Assembly (NCBI GenBank): GCA_041288195.1
Contig: JBGGME010000045.1
Span: 4,247-68,246 of the forward strand
Source of the DNA: Hyphomicrobiaceae bacterium
GTDB lineage: Bacteria; Pseudomonadota; Alphaproteobacteria; Rhizobiales; Hyphomicrobiaceae
Direction: 5' to 3'
DNA length: 64,000 bases
How positions within the stretch are numbered: position 1 is the first letter of the stretch; every line of letters begins with the position of its first letter. A model generated the notes under the pieces. The model saw nothing but the letters and a program-made list of their open reading frames with translations. It ran no database searches and was not told the DNA's origin. Both the position numbers and the translations under genes were made by a program. This document shows positions 45,884-54,217 of the stretch, in pieces.

Positions 45884-46990
45884 TCACATCTCGCGCAGGC
45901 CGTGCGCGATGATCTTGCGCATGACGCTCGGCAGGGCGACGCGGTCGAGGTCGCGGCGGGGGACCCATTCGCAGCGCTGCGGATCGGCCCAGAAGGTGAG
46001 CGCCGCGTCGATCCCCACCAGTGAGCGATAGACCAGCGACTCGAGCTTGAAGTGCGTGAAGGTGTGGCTCACCACCCCCGGCACCCCCCACCATTCCGCC
46101 CGCACCGGCGCTCCCCGCATCGCCTCGTCGAGCGGGGGCAGCGTCTCCGCCCATTCGGTGGAGGGCACCTCCAGCATGCCGCCGAGCAGGCCCGCCTCGG
46201 GGCGCCGCCGGAGCAGCACCGCGCCGTCCTCGCGCAAGGTGAGGAAGGCGAGCCCGACGCGCACGGGACGCTCGGGCCGCGCCGCCCTCGCCGGCAGCGC
46301 GCTCTCGAGTCCGCGGGCATAGGCTGCGCAGTCGCCCTGCAGCGGGCACATCAGGCACGAGGGTCGCTTGGGCGTGCACAGCCCGGCGCCGAGGTCCATC
46401 AGCGCCTGCGCGAAATCGCCCGCGCGCCGGGCCGGCGTCAGCGTGGCGGCGAGTCGCCTGATCTCGGGCTTGGCGGCGGGCAGGGGTGTCGCCACCGCGA
46501 ACAACCGGGCGACCACGCGCTCGATGTTGCCGTCCACAGGCGTGGCGCGCGCGCCGAAGGCGATGGCTGCGATCGCCGCCGCCGTGTAGGGGCCGATGCC
46601 CGGCAGCGCGCGAAGGCCCTCCTCCGTTTCCGGAAAGCGGCCGCCCAGCTCGCCGGCGACGACCTTGGCGCACTTGTGCAGGTTCCGCGCGCGGCTGTAG
46701 TAGCCGAGCCCCGCCCAGGCCGCGAGCACATCGTCCAGCGACGCCTCGGCCAGCGCCTCCACGTTCGGCCAGCGCGCCAGGAATGCCTCGTAGAAGGGGA
46801 TGACCGCCTTGACCGTGGTCTGCTGCAGCATCACCTCGGACAGCCACACCCGGTATGGGTCGGGCGTCCTGCCCTTGCGCGCCCGCCACGGCAGGTCGCG
46901 CCGCTCGCTGTCGTACCAATAGAGCAGGGCCGCCGCGGCCTGTGGGCCCGCGAACCTGAATTGCAGTTGCTTTCTCGCCACACTTGGCAT
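45884..46990 (-). CDS. mutY: A/G-specific adenine DNA glycosylase
   Basis: YRVWLSEVMLQQTTV, HhH-GPD GIGPYTAAAI, Fe-S cysteines CTPKRPSCLMCPLQGDC. Confidence 0.92.
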   Translation of the reverse strand: MPSVARKQLQFRFAGPQAAAALLYWYDSERRDLPWRARKGRTPDPYRVWLSEVMLQQTTVKAVIPFYEAFLARWPNVEALAEASLDDVLAAWAGLGYYSRARNLHKCAKVVAGELGGRFPETEEGLRALPGIGPYTAAAIAAIAFGARATPVDGNIERVVARLFAVATPLPAAKPEIRRLAATLTPARRAGDFAQALMDLGAGLCTPKRPSCLMCPLQGDCAAYARGLESALPARAARPERPVRVGLAFLTLREDGAVLLRRRPEAGLLGGMLEVPSTEWAETLPPLDEAMRGAPVRAEWWGVPGVVSHTFTHFKLESLVYRSLVGIDAALTFWADPQRCEWVPRRDLDRVALPSVMRKIIAHGLREM

Positions 46991-47107
46991 GGGCCTGCAG
47001 GGCCTCGTTCCGGCCGCAGCACGAATCGTCTACGCGATGGTAGGCGCGGCGCAGTCGCGTGGGAACCGGACTCCGAGGTCCGCTGCGCGAGTGTTGGGGA
47101 GCAAATC

Positions 47108-47695
47108 GTGAACTCACCGCCGAAGCCTGGCGCACAACGTCCGCGCGAGACCGTTGCATTTGCACGCAAGCGCCCCAATCCGCTGTTCGGGGTCAAGGTC
47201 GTGGGCAGCTTCCTGCCGGGACTCACCCGCAAAGCCTTCGAGAAATACGGGTTTTCCACGGCCACCCTGATCACGGACTGGGCAGCCATCGCTGGCGCCG
47301 AGCTTGCGGCCTATTCCGTTCCCGAGCGCCTGAAATGGCCGCACAGGCCCGAGCGTACCGAGGAGGATGCCGCGCCGACCGCCCGGCGCGATACCAAGGC
47401 CCGCCAGGGGGCCACGCTGGTGCTGAGGGTCGATGGCGCCCGGGCGCTGGACGTGCAGTACAAGGCCGGCCAGATCATCGAGCGCATCAACGCGTATTTC
47501 GGCTACGCCGCCGTCGCCCAGCTCAGAATCATCCAGGCGCCGATCGGTGCCGCCTCTTCCGCGATCCCGCCTGCGGCAACCAAGCCGGCCGAGCCGCTGA
47601 CGCGGGAAGTGGCCCATATCGCCGATCCCGGCCTGCGCGAAGCGCTCGCCCGCCTCGGCGCCAACGTCCAGTCGAGCGCCCGCGCCGGCCGCTGA
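47108..47695 (+). CDS. DUF721 (DciA-like) domain protein
   Basis: LITDWAAIAGAELAAYSVPERL...ATLVLRVDGARALDVQY pattern. Conserved position next to mutY in alphaproteobacteria. GTG start. Confidence 0.65.
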   Translation: MNSPPKPGAQRPRETVAFARKRPNPLFGVKVVGSFLPGLTRKAFEKYGFSTATLITDWAAIAGAELAAYSVPERLKWPHRPERTEEDAAPTARRDTKARQGATLVLRVDGARALDVQYKAGQIIERINAYFGYAAVAQLRIIQAPIGAASSAIPPAATKPAEPLTREVAHIADPGLREALARLGANVQSSARAGR

Positions 47696-47829
47696 CGCGG
47701 CTGCCCAGGCCGCTCCTCACGCCAATTTGCCTTATTCGGCACCGAACCTATGTTATCTGCTTGGGAAATGCCGAAGCAGCGCCCGCAAGCGCTGGGCCGC
47801 AACCGAACCAGACGAGGACCCGACCTGCC

Positions 47830-48519
47830 GTGACCGACCGAGCGACCATCCTCTCGCGCCGCCACCTGCTGCAACTGACCGCGGGCGCGGCCGCACTCGG
47901 CCTTGCCGCGTCCTGGGGCCAGGGATCGCCCGCACACGCACAGCGCAAGAAGGCAGGCCCCACCGAGGTGTCGGCCGAGGAGCTGTTGAAGCCGGGCCCG
48001 CTGCCCGACCTCGTGCTCGGCAAGGACGACGCACCCATCACTGTGGTCGAGTACGCCTCCATGACCTGCGGCCACTGCGCCAACTTCCACAACACCGTGT
48101 TCCCGGTACTCAAGGAAAAGTACATCGACACCGGCAAGGTGCGCTTCATCATGCGCGAGTTCCCGCTCGACAACCTGGCGGCGGGCGCCTCGATGCTGGC
48201 GCGCTGCGCGGGCGGCGACAAGACCTTCCCGCTGATCGGCGCGCTGTTCCACACCCAGGAGACCTGGGCCTTCGTGCGCGGCGACCCGCGCCCTGAGCTC
48301 TTCAAGGTGGCCAAGCAGGCGGGCTTCACCCAGGAGAGCTTCGACAAGTGCCTGGCCGACCAGAAGCTTCTCGATGACATTTCCGCCGTGCGCACGCGCG
48401 GCACCGAGCAGTTCGGCGTGAACTCGACGCCGACCTTCTTCATCAACGGCAAGAAGATGACGAGCGGCCCGTCGGTCGAGGAGTTCGACAAGGCGTTCGG
48501 CGCCATCCTGAAGAGCTAG
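47830..48519 (+). CDS. DsbA-family thiol:disulfide oxidoreductase with Tat-like signal
   Basis: SRRHLLQLTAGAAALGLAAS signal, CGHC active site, STPTFFINGK. Confidence 0.8.
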   Translation: MTDRATILSRRHLLQLTAGAAALGLAASWGQGSPAHAQRKKAGPTEVSAEELLKPGPLPDLVLGKDDAPITVVEYASMTCGHCANFHNTVFPVLKEKYIDTGKVRFIMREFPLDNLAAGASMLARCAGGDKTFPLIGALFHTQETWAFVRGDPRPELFKVAKQAGFTQESFDKCLADQKLLDDISAVRTRGTEQFGVNSTPTFFINGKKMTSGPSVEEFDKAFGAILKS

Positions 48520-48537
48520 AACGAGAGCGAGGGCTGC

Positions 48538-49350
48538 TTGCCGGGACGTCCGAGCCTTCAGCCTTCCCTGTTGGCCTTGCTGCTGGCGGCGCTCGTTGCG
48601 GGCTGCTCGGGAGAGGGGCTGCCGAGCCTCAGCCTTCCGACCTCGCAGGCCACCGCGCCCGCGAGCACGGCGTCCCTGCCGGGCGGCACGACCGCCGACA
48701 CGCCGGGCTACAACCCCTTCAGCGAGGCACCGCCCGCCGCCGTCGGCCGCCGCGAGGTGATTGCAAACCCGTCGCTGGGCGAGGTTCTCAAGACAGGCGA
48801 GCTGCCTGAGATGGCGCTCGGCCGCGCCGACGCGCCGGTGACCATCATCAAATACGCGTCGATGACGTGCCCCTACTGCCGCCAGTTCCAGCGCGACACG
48901 TTCCCGGTGCTCAAGCGCGAGTACATCGACACCGGCAAGGTGCGCTACATCCTGCGCGAGTTCCCGATCGGCCATCAGTCGGGGCTCGCCACCATCGCGC
49001 TCAGATGCGCGCCGGCGGACAAGCATTTCGCTCTCTACGGCAAGCTGATGGAGCAGCAGCAGAGCTGGGTGAGCCAGGAGGTACGCCCCGACCCCATCTT
49101 CAAGGTTGCGGCACAGGTGGGGATGACGCGCGCGCAGTTTGACAGCTGCCGACAGAATCGCGGCATGATCAACGCGCTCAATCAAGTCAAGGAACGCGGG
49201 CGCACGCTGGGGGTGATCGGCACACCCAATTTCTTCGTCGACGGCAAGCTGGTGAAGACGGTGATCGGCATCAAGGAGATCCGCGAGATGGTGGACCCCA
49301 TCCTCGCGAGCCGCGTCGCCGCAACCGGCGCCGCCGCCAAGGCCCGCTGA
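48538..49350 (+). CDS. DsbA-family thiol:disulfide oxidoreductase, lipoprotein
   Basis: Lipobox LVAGC, CPYC active site, GTPNFFVDGK. Paralogue of the upstream gene. Confidence 0.8.
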   Translation: MPGRPSLQPSLLALLLAALVAGCSGEGLPSLSLPTSQATAPASTASLPGGTTADTPGYNPFSEAPPAAVGRREVIANPSLGEVLKTGELPEMALGRADAPVTIIKYASMTCPYCRQFQRDTFPVLKREYIDTGKVRYILREFPIGHQSGLATIALRCAPADKHFALYGKLMEQQQSWVSQEVRPDPIFKVAAQVGMTRAQFDSCRQNRGMINALNQVKERGRTLGVIGTPNFFVDGKLVKTVIGIKEIREMVDPILASRVAATGAAAKAR

Positions 49351-49376
49351 GTCGCGTTGCGGTCGATCCGCGCGCC

Positions 49377-49475
49377 GTCATCCCGGGATTTATTCCCGGG
49401 ATCCATCGGGCCACACACGACCGCCCGAATGGTGCATGCGGGTCGCTGGATACCGGGGACGAGCCCCGGTATGAC
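49377..49475. repeat. Family A-type nested palindrome
   Basis: gtcatcccggg...cccgggatcc and ctggataccgggg...ccccggtatgac arms. Lies between dsbA-2 and smc. Confidence 0.6.
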
Positions 49476-49501
49476 ACCTGAGTTCGAGGGACGTACAGCG
49501 C

Positions 49502-52500
49502 ATGCACATCAACCGGCTCCGGCTCCTTGGCTTCAAGTCGTTCGTCGAGCCGACCGAGCTCGTGGTCGAGCGGGGCCTGACGGGCGTGGTCGGGCCCAAC
49601 GGCTGCGGCAAGTCGAACCTGCTCGAGGCGCTGCGCTGGGTGATGGGCGAGACCTCGCACAAGAGCATGCGCGCGGCTGCCATGGACGACGTGATCTTCT
49701 CCGGCACGGCGATCAGGCCCGCCCGCAACATGGCGGAAGTGACGATCTTCATCGACAACTCCGCGCGCCAGGCGCCCTCCGAGTTCAATGGCAACGACAT
49801 GCTGGAGGTGACGCGCCGCATCGAGCGCGAGGCGGGCTCGGCCTACCGCATCAACGGCCGCGAGGTGCGCGCCCGCGACGTGCGCATCCTGTTCGAGGAC
49901 GCAGCCACCGGCGCGCGCTCGCCGGCGCTGGTGCGCCAGGGGCAGATCGGCGAGCTGGTCAATGCCAAGCCCGAGCAGCGCCGCCGCATCCTCGAGGATG
50001 CTGCCGGCATCGCCGGCCTGCACAGCCGCCGCCACGAGGCCGAGCTGCGCCTCAGGGCCGCCGAGGGCAACCTCTCCCGCATCAGCGACATCCTGGGCCA
50101 GCTCTCCTCGCAGATCGAAAGCCTGAAGCGGCAGGCCCGCGCGGCGCGGCGGTACAAGGAGATATCGGCCGAGATCCGCAAGCTCGACGCCATAGTCTTC
50201 CACCTGCGCTGGCAGGAGGCCCAGTCGCAGGTCGACAGCGAGGAGGCCGAGCTTGCCGCCGCGCTGGAGAAGGTGGGCCGCGCTACCGAGGCCGAGGCCA
50301 AGGCGATCAGGGCCGAGGCGGAGGCTGCCGACAGGCTGCCGCCCTTGCGCGAGGCCGAGGCCGCCAAGGGCGCCGTCCTCGCCCGCTTCCGCATCGAGCA
50401 GGAGAACCTCGAGCGCGAGGCCAAGCGCACGGCCGAGCGCCAGCGCGAGCTCGCCGCCCGCGCGGAGCAGCTTGCCCGCGACAAGGCCCGCGAGCTGGCG
50501 CTGATAGCAGAGGCCAAGGAGACGATCGCCCGCCTCGACGCCGAGACGGCCTCGCTCGCCAACACCGCCCGCCTCGCCGCCGACTTCGAGCAGAAGGCGC
50601 TTGCCGCCCACGATGAGGCCGAGAGCACCCTCAAGAGTGCCGAAGCGCGCCTCACCTCGGTCACGACCGCCGTTGCCGAGGCGCGGGCCCGCCGTCAGAG
50701 CCTCGAGACGCAGAAGAACGAGCGGCGCGAGCAGATCGCCAAGCTCGAGCGCCAACTCACCGCCCTCGACGTGCAGACCCGCGAGATCGTGGGCCGCGCG
50801 CCCGACGCCTCCAAGCTCAAGGCCGCCGCCGAGCTCGGCCAGCGCCTGATGGCCGAGATCGCCAACATCGAGACCGAGACGCTCGCCGCCGAGGAGGCCG
50901 TGCAGTCGGCTGCCGCCGATTCCCGCTCCAAGAGTGACGCCGCCGCGCAGGCGAGCCTCGCCGCAGGCCAGCTCACGACCGAGGTGGAGACGCTCGCCAA
51001 GCTGCTCACCCCGGCAGGCGATGCCGCCCTGCCGCCGGTGCTCGACCAGATCAAGGTGGAGGCGGGCTACGAGATGGCGCTCGCCGCCGCGCTCGGCGAC
51101 GACCTCGATGCGCCGCTCTCGGGCGAGGCGCCGCGGCACTGGCGCTTGAATGCCGCCCCGGACAAGGACCCGGCGCTGCCTGCCGACGTCGAGCCGCTCG
51201 GCCCCCACGTCGAGGGCCCGCCGGAGCTGACCCGACGCCTGGCCCAGATCGGTGTCGTCGCCGCCGCGGACGGCGCCCGGCTGCAGCGCGAGCTGAAGAC
51301 CGGCCAGCGTCTCGTCTCCGTCGAAGGCCACCTGTGGCGCTGGGACGGCTTCATCGCCGCAGCCCAAGTATCCACGGCTGCCGCCACGCGGCTTGCCGAG
51401 CGCAGCCGGCTCGGCGCGCTCGCCCGTGAGGAGGAGGCCACACGTGCCGCCGCCGAGGCGGCGCGCAACGAATCAGATGCCGCTGCCGAGCTGCTCGCCG
51501 CCACCCAGTCCGAGGAGAAGCGTCTGCGGCAGCTGTGGCGCGAGGCGCAGGGCAAGATGGCCCAGACCCGCGACGTGCTGACCGCCATGGAGCGGCAGGC
51601 GCGCGAGACCGAGGCCAAGATCGCCGCCGTGTCGGACGCGAGGGGCCGCGCCGAGGAGGCGCTGGTGGAGTCGCACGAGCTGCTCGGCCAGACCGAGGCT
51701 GCGCTGGCAGCGCTCTCCGGCACGGATGCGCTGGAGGCGGACTTGGCGGCCACCCAGGCGCAGACCGCCTCGCTGCGCTCCCGCGTCACCGAGTCCCGCA
51801 CCGAGCTCATCACGCTCGAGCGCGAGCATCGTGCCCGCACCGAGCGCAGCGCCGCCATCGCTCTCGAGCACGAGCGCTGGAAGACGCGCTCGGCCGGCGC
51901 CGAGCAGCAGATCGCGACCCTGGCGGAGCGCAGCGGCGAGGCCGAGACCGAGATCGCCAAGCTCGCCGGGCTGCCGGCCCAGATCGAGGAGCAGCGCCAG
52001 AAGCTCATGAGCGAGCTTGCCGCCGCCGAGCTGAGCCGCCAAGCGGCCGCCGACGAGCTTGCCGCCGCCGACACCGCCCAGCGCCAGGCAGGCCAGGAGC
52101 TGCGCGCCGCCCAGGCCGCCGTCGCCGACGAGCGCGAGGCCCGCGCCCGCACCGAGGCCAGGCTCGAGAATGCGCGGGCACGCCGGTCCGAGGAGGCGCG
52201 CCGCATCCGCGAGCAGCTGAGCTGTGCACCCGATGCCTGCCTCGGGCTTGCCGGCCTCGCCGAGCGCGCCGAGCTGCCCTCCCTCGAAAGCGCGGACAGC
52301 CAGCTCACCAAGCTCAAGGCCGACCGCGAGCGTCTGGGCGGCGTCAACCTGCAGGCCGACGATGATCTCACCGGCCTCAGCCAGCAGTTCGAAGGCCTCG
52401 ACAAGGAGAAGAGCGACGTCGAGGCCGCGATCGCCAAGCTGCGCGCGGGCATCGGCCAGATCAACGGCGAGGGCCGCACCCGCCTGCAGGCAGCCTTCGA

Positions 52501-52960
52501 TTCCGTCAACGCCCACTTCCAGAACCTGTTCGCGACGCTGTTTGGCGGCGGCGAGGCCCGGCTCGAGATGATCGAGGGCGAGGACCCGCTGGAGGGCGGC
52601 CTGGAGATCGTCGCCAAGCCGCCCGGCAAGAAGCCGGCGACTCTCTCCCTGCTGTCGGGCGGCGAGCAATCGCTGACGGCGCTGGCGCTGATCTTCGCGG
52701 TGTTCCTGACCAACCCGTCGCCGATCTGCGTGCTCGACGAGGTCGACGCGCCGCTCGACGACGCCAACGTCGACCGCTTCTGCACGCTGATGGAGAAGAT
52801 GGCGGCCGACACCGCCACCCGCTTCCTCGTCATCACCCACCACCCCATGACCATGGCGCGCATGAACCGCCTGTTCGGCGTCACCATGGGCGAGAAGGGC
52901 GTGAGCCAGCTCGTCTCCGTCGACCTGGAGACAGCGCAGAAGTTCACCGTCGCGGCTTGA
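49502..52960 (+). CDS. smc: Chromosome segregation protein SMC
   Basis: GPNGCGKSN Walker A, long coiled coils, LSGGE signature, VLDEVDAPLD Walker B. 1152 aa. Confidence 0.95.
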   Translation: MHINRLRLLGFKSFVEPTELVVERGLTGVVGPNGCGKSNLLEALRWVMGETSHKSMRAAAMDDVIFSGTAIRPARNMAEVTIFIDNSARQAPSEFNGNDMLEVTRRIEREAGSAYRINGREVRARDVRILFEDAATGARSPALVRQGQIGELVNAKPEQRRRILEDAAGIAGLHSRRHEAELRLRAAEGNLSRISDILGQLSSQIESLKRQARAARRYKEISAEIRKLDAIVFHLRWQEAQSQVDSEEAELAAALEKVGRATEAEAKAIRAEAEAADRLPPLREAEAAKGAVLARFRIEQENLEREAKRTAERQRELAARAEQLARDKARELALIAEAKETIARLDAETASLANTARLAADFEQKALAAHDEAESTLKSAEARLTSVTTAVAEARARRQSLETQKNERREQIAKLERQLTALDVQTREIVGRAPDASKLKAAAELGQRLMAEIANIETETLAAEEAVQSAAADSRSKSDAAAQASLAAGQLTTEVETLAKLLTPAGDAALPPVLDQIKVEAGYEMALAAALGDDLDAPLSGEAPRHWRLNAAPDKDPALPADVEPLGPHVEGPPELTRRLAQIGVVAAADGARLQRELKTGQRLVSVEGHLWRWDGFIAAAQVSTAAATRLAERSRLGALAREEEATRAAAEAARNESDAAAELLAATQSEEKRLRQLWREAQGKMAQTRDVLTAMERQARETEAKIAAVSDARGRAEEALVESHELLGQTEAALAALSGTDALEADLAATQAQTASLRSRVTESRTELITLEREHRARTERSAAIALEHERWKTRSAGAEQQIATLAERSGEAETEIAKLAGLPAQIEEQRQKLMSELAAAELSRQAAADELAAADTAQRQAGQELRAAQAAVADEREARARTEARLENARARRSEEARRIREQLSCAPDACLGLAGLAERAELPSLESADSQLTKLKADRERLGGVNLQADDDLTGLSQQFEGLDKEKSDVEAAIAKLRAGIGQINGEGRTRLQAAFDSVNAHFQNLFATLFGGGEARLEMIEGEDPLEGGLEIVAKPPGKKPATLSLLSGGEQSLTALALIFAVFLTNPSPICVLDEVDAPLDDANVDRFCTLMEKMAADTATRFLVITHHPMTMARMNRLFGVTMGEKGVSQLVSVDLETAQKFTVAA

Positions 52961-52967
52961 GGGGAGT

Positions 52968-53047
52968 CCCCTCTCCCCGCGTGCCCTCGGGCTCCCCACA
53001 CGTGAGCACTGGGGCACAGCTGACCCGAGGGCGTGCGGGGAGAGGGA
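52968..53047. repeat. Long imperfect inverted repeat (family C), possible smc terminator
   Basis: CCCCTCTCCCCGCGTGCCCTCGGG ... CCCGAGGGCGTGCGGGGAGAGGG arms (~23 nt) with a ~32-nt loop, starting 8 nt after the smc stop. Confidence 0.5.
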
Positions 53048-53060
53048 GGATCGTGTAGGT

Positions 53061-53753
53061 ATGGACGTCCTCGTCGATCTCGATGGCACGCTGGTGGACC
53101 CGAAGCCGGGGCTGATCGGCTCGTTCCAGTACGCCTTGCGACGCCTCGGTGCGCCGGTACCGCCGGCAGACGAGCTGACCTGGGTGATCGGCCCGCCGTT
53201 GCGCGTCTCCTTCCCCAAGGTGCTTGGCGACGCCATGCGGACGGAAGAGGCGCTGGCCCACTACCGCGAGCACTACCGCAACGGCGCCATGTACGACGCC
53301 ATCGTGTACGATGGCATTGTCGAGGCCCTCGAACGCCTTTCCGCATCAGGCTGCCGCCTGATCGTGGCAACGTCGAAGCCTCACGCCTTCGCGCGGCCGA
53401 TCCTCGAGCGCCTGGGTCTGGCCCGCCATTTCGCCGCCGCCCACGGCCCCGAGCTCGACGGCACCAACGACCACAAGGCCGACCTGATCGCTCACATCAT
53501 CGCCCGCGAGGGCATCGACCCAGCGCGGGCCGTCATGATCGGCGACCGCGAGTTCGACGTGATCGCGGCGGCCCGCAACGGCATTCCCGCCATCGGCGTC
53601 ACCTGGGGTTACGGCAGCGCGGAGGAGCTGAGCTCGGCCGGCGCCGTCGCCCTTTGCGATCGCCCGTCGGAGCTGCCCGAGACGGTGCTGGCGCGGGCCT
53701 TGGGGTCGGACCCTATGGCGCCGTCGAGATCCGAAGGGAGCGGGGTGCGATAG
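53061..53753 (+). CDS. HAD-superfamily hydrolase (phosphoglycolate phosphatase-like)
   Basis: DLDGTLVD motif I, ATSK, GDREFD motif. Confidence 0.85.
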   Translation: MDVLVDLDGTLVDPKPGLIGSFQYALRRLGAPVPPADELTWVIGPPLRVSFPKVLGDAMRTEEALAHYREHYRNGAMYDAIVYDGIVEALERLSASGCRLIVATSKPHAFARPILERLGLARHFAAAHGPELDGTNDHKADLIAHIIAREGIDPARAVMIGDREFDVIAAARNGIPAIGVTWGYGSAEELSSAGAVALCDRPSELPETVLARALGSDPMAPSRSEGSGVR

Positions 53754-53876
53754 GGGTCTGACCCCATATCCACGGCCGGCATCGTCAATCTGCCATCGTG
53801 CAGCCCTATACTCGCACTAGCCATATCTCGGCTGGCCATTGCAGCGCGACGCGACGAGTAAAACGGGGGGGCGGTC

Positions 53877-54155
53877 ATGTTCTGGTTATCTGCATTGTCG
53901 GCGGTTGCCCTGGCTGCCTCTCTCGCATTTTCCTCTGCGGCGCTGGCGCAGACCGCCGCAGCGCCGCCCTGCTCACAGAGCAACGTCGCCTGCCAATGCT
54001 CCTACAAGTGCTGCGGCGAGGAACGCTGCGACGGCTCGGTCTGCAGCAGCTGCGTGGTCGATTGCGTGCGCCGCCAGCAGCCCAACGACACGCGCTCCGC
54101 ATCGCTCAAGGCCCGCTGCGCCAACATCATGACGCGCGGCTTCAAGCGGCCCTAG
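53877..54155 (+). CDS. Small secreted cysteine-rich protein (92 aa, 10 Cys in the mature part)
   Basis: Signal peptide MFWLSALSAVALAASLAFSSAALA|QT. The mature region carries PPC, ACQC, KCC, RC, VC, SC, DC and RC. Confidence 0.55.
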   Translation: MFWLSALSAVALAASLAFSSAALAQTAAAPPCSQSNVACQCSYKCCGEERCDGSVCSSCVVDCVRRQQPNDTRSASLKARCANIMTRGFKRP

Positions 54156-54217
54156 CCGCACATCTGGACGCCGCGGTACGGCGAGGCGGCACACATCGAT
54201 GGCTCTCGGAGGATGGG

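Noticed and set aside
51067-53370. 767-aa ORF antisense to smc. The same applies to the 808-aa ORF 54152..56578 antisense to the patatin gene.
   Set aside because: The sense-strand proteins have clear family motifs. The antisense translations are Arg/Ser/Ala-rich with no motifs.
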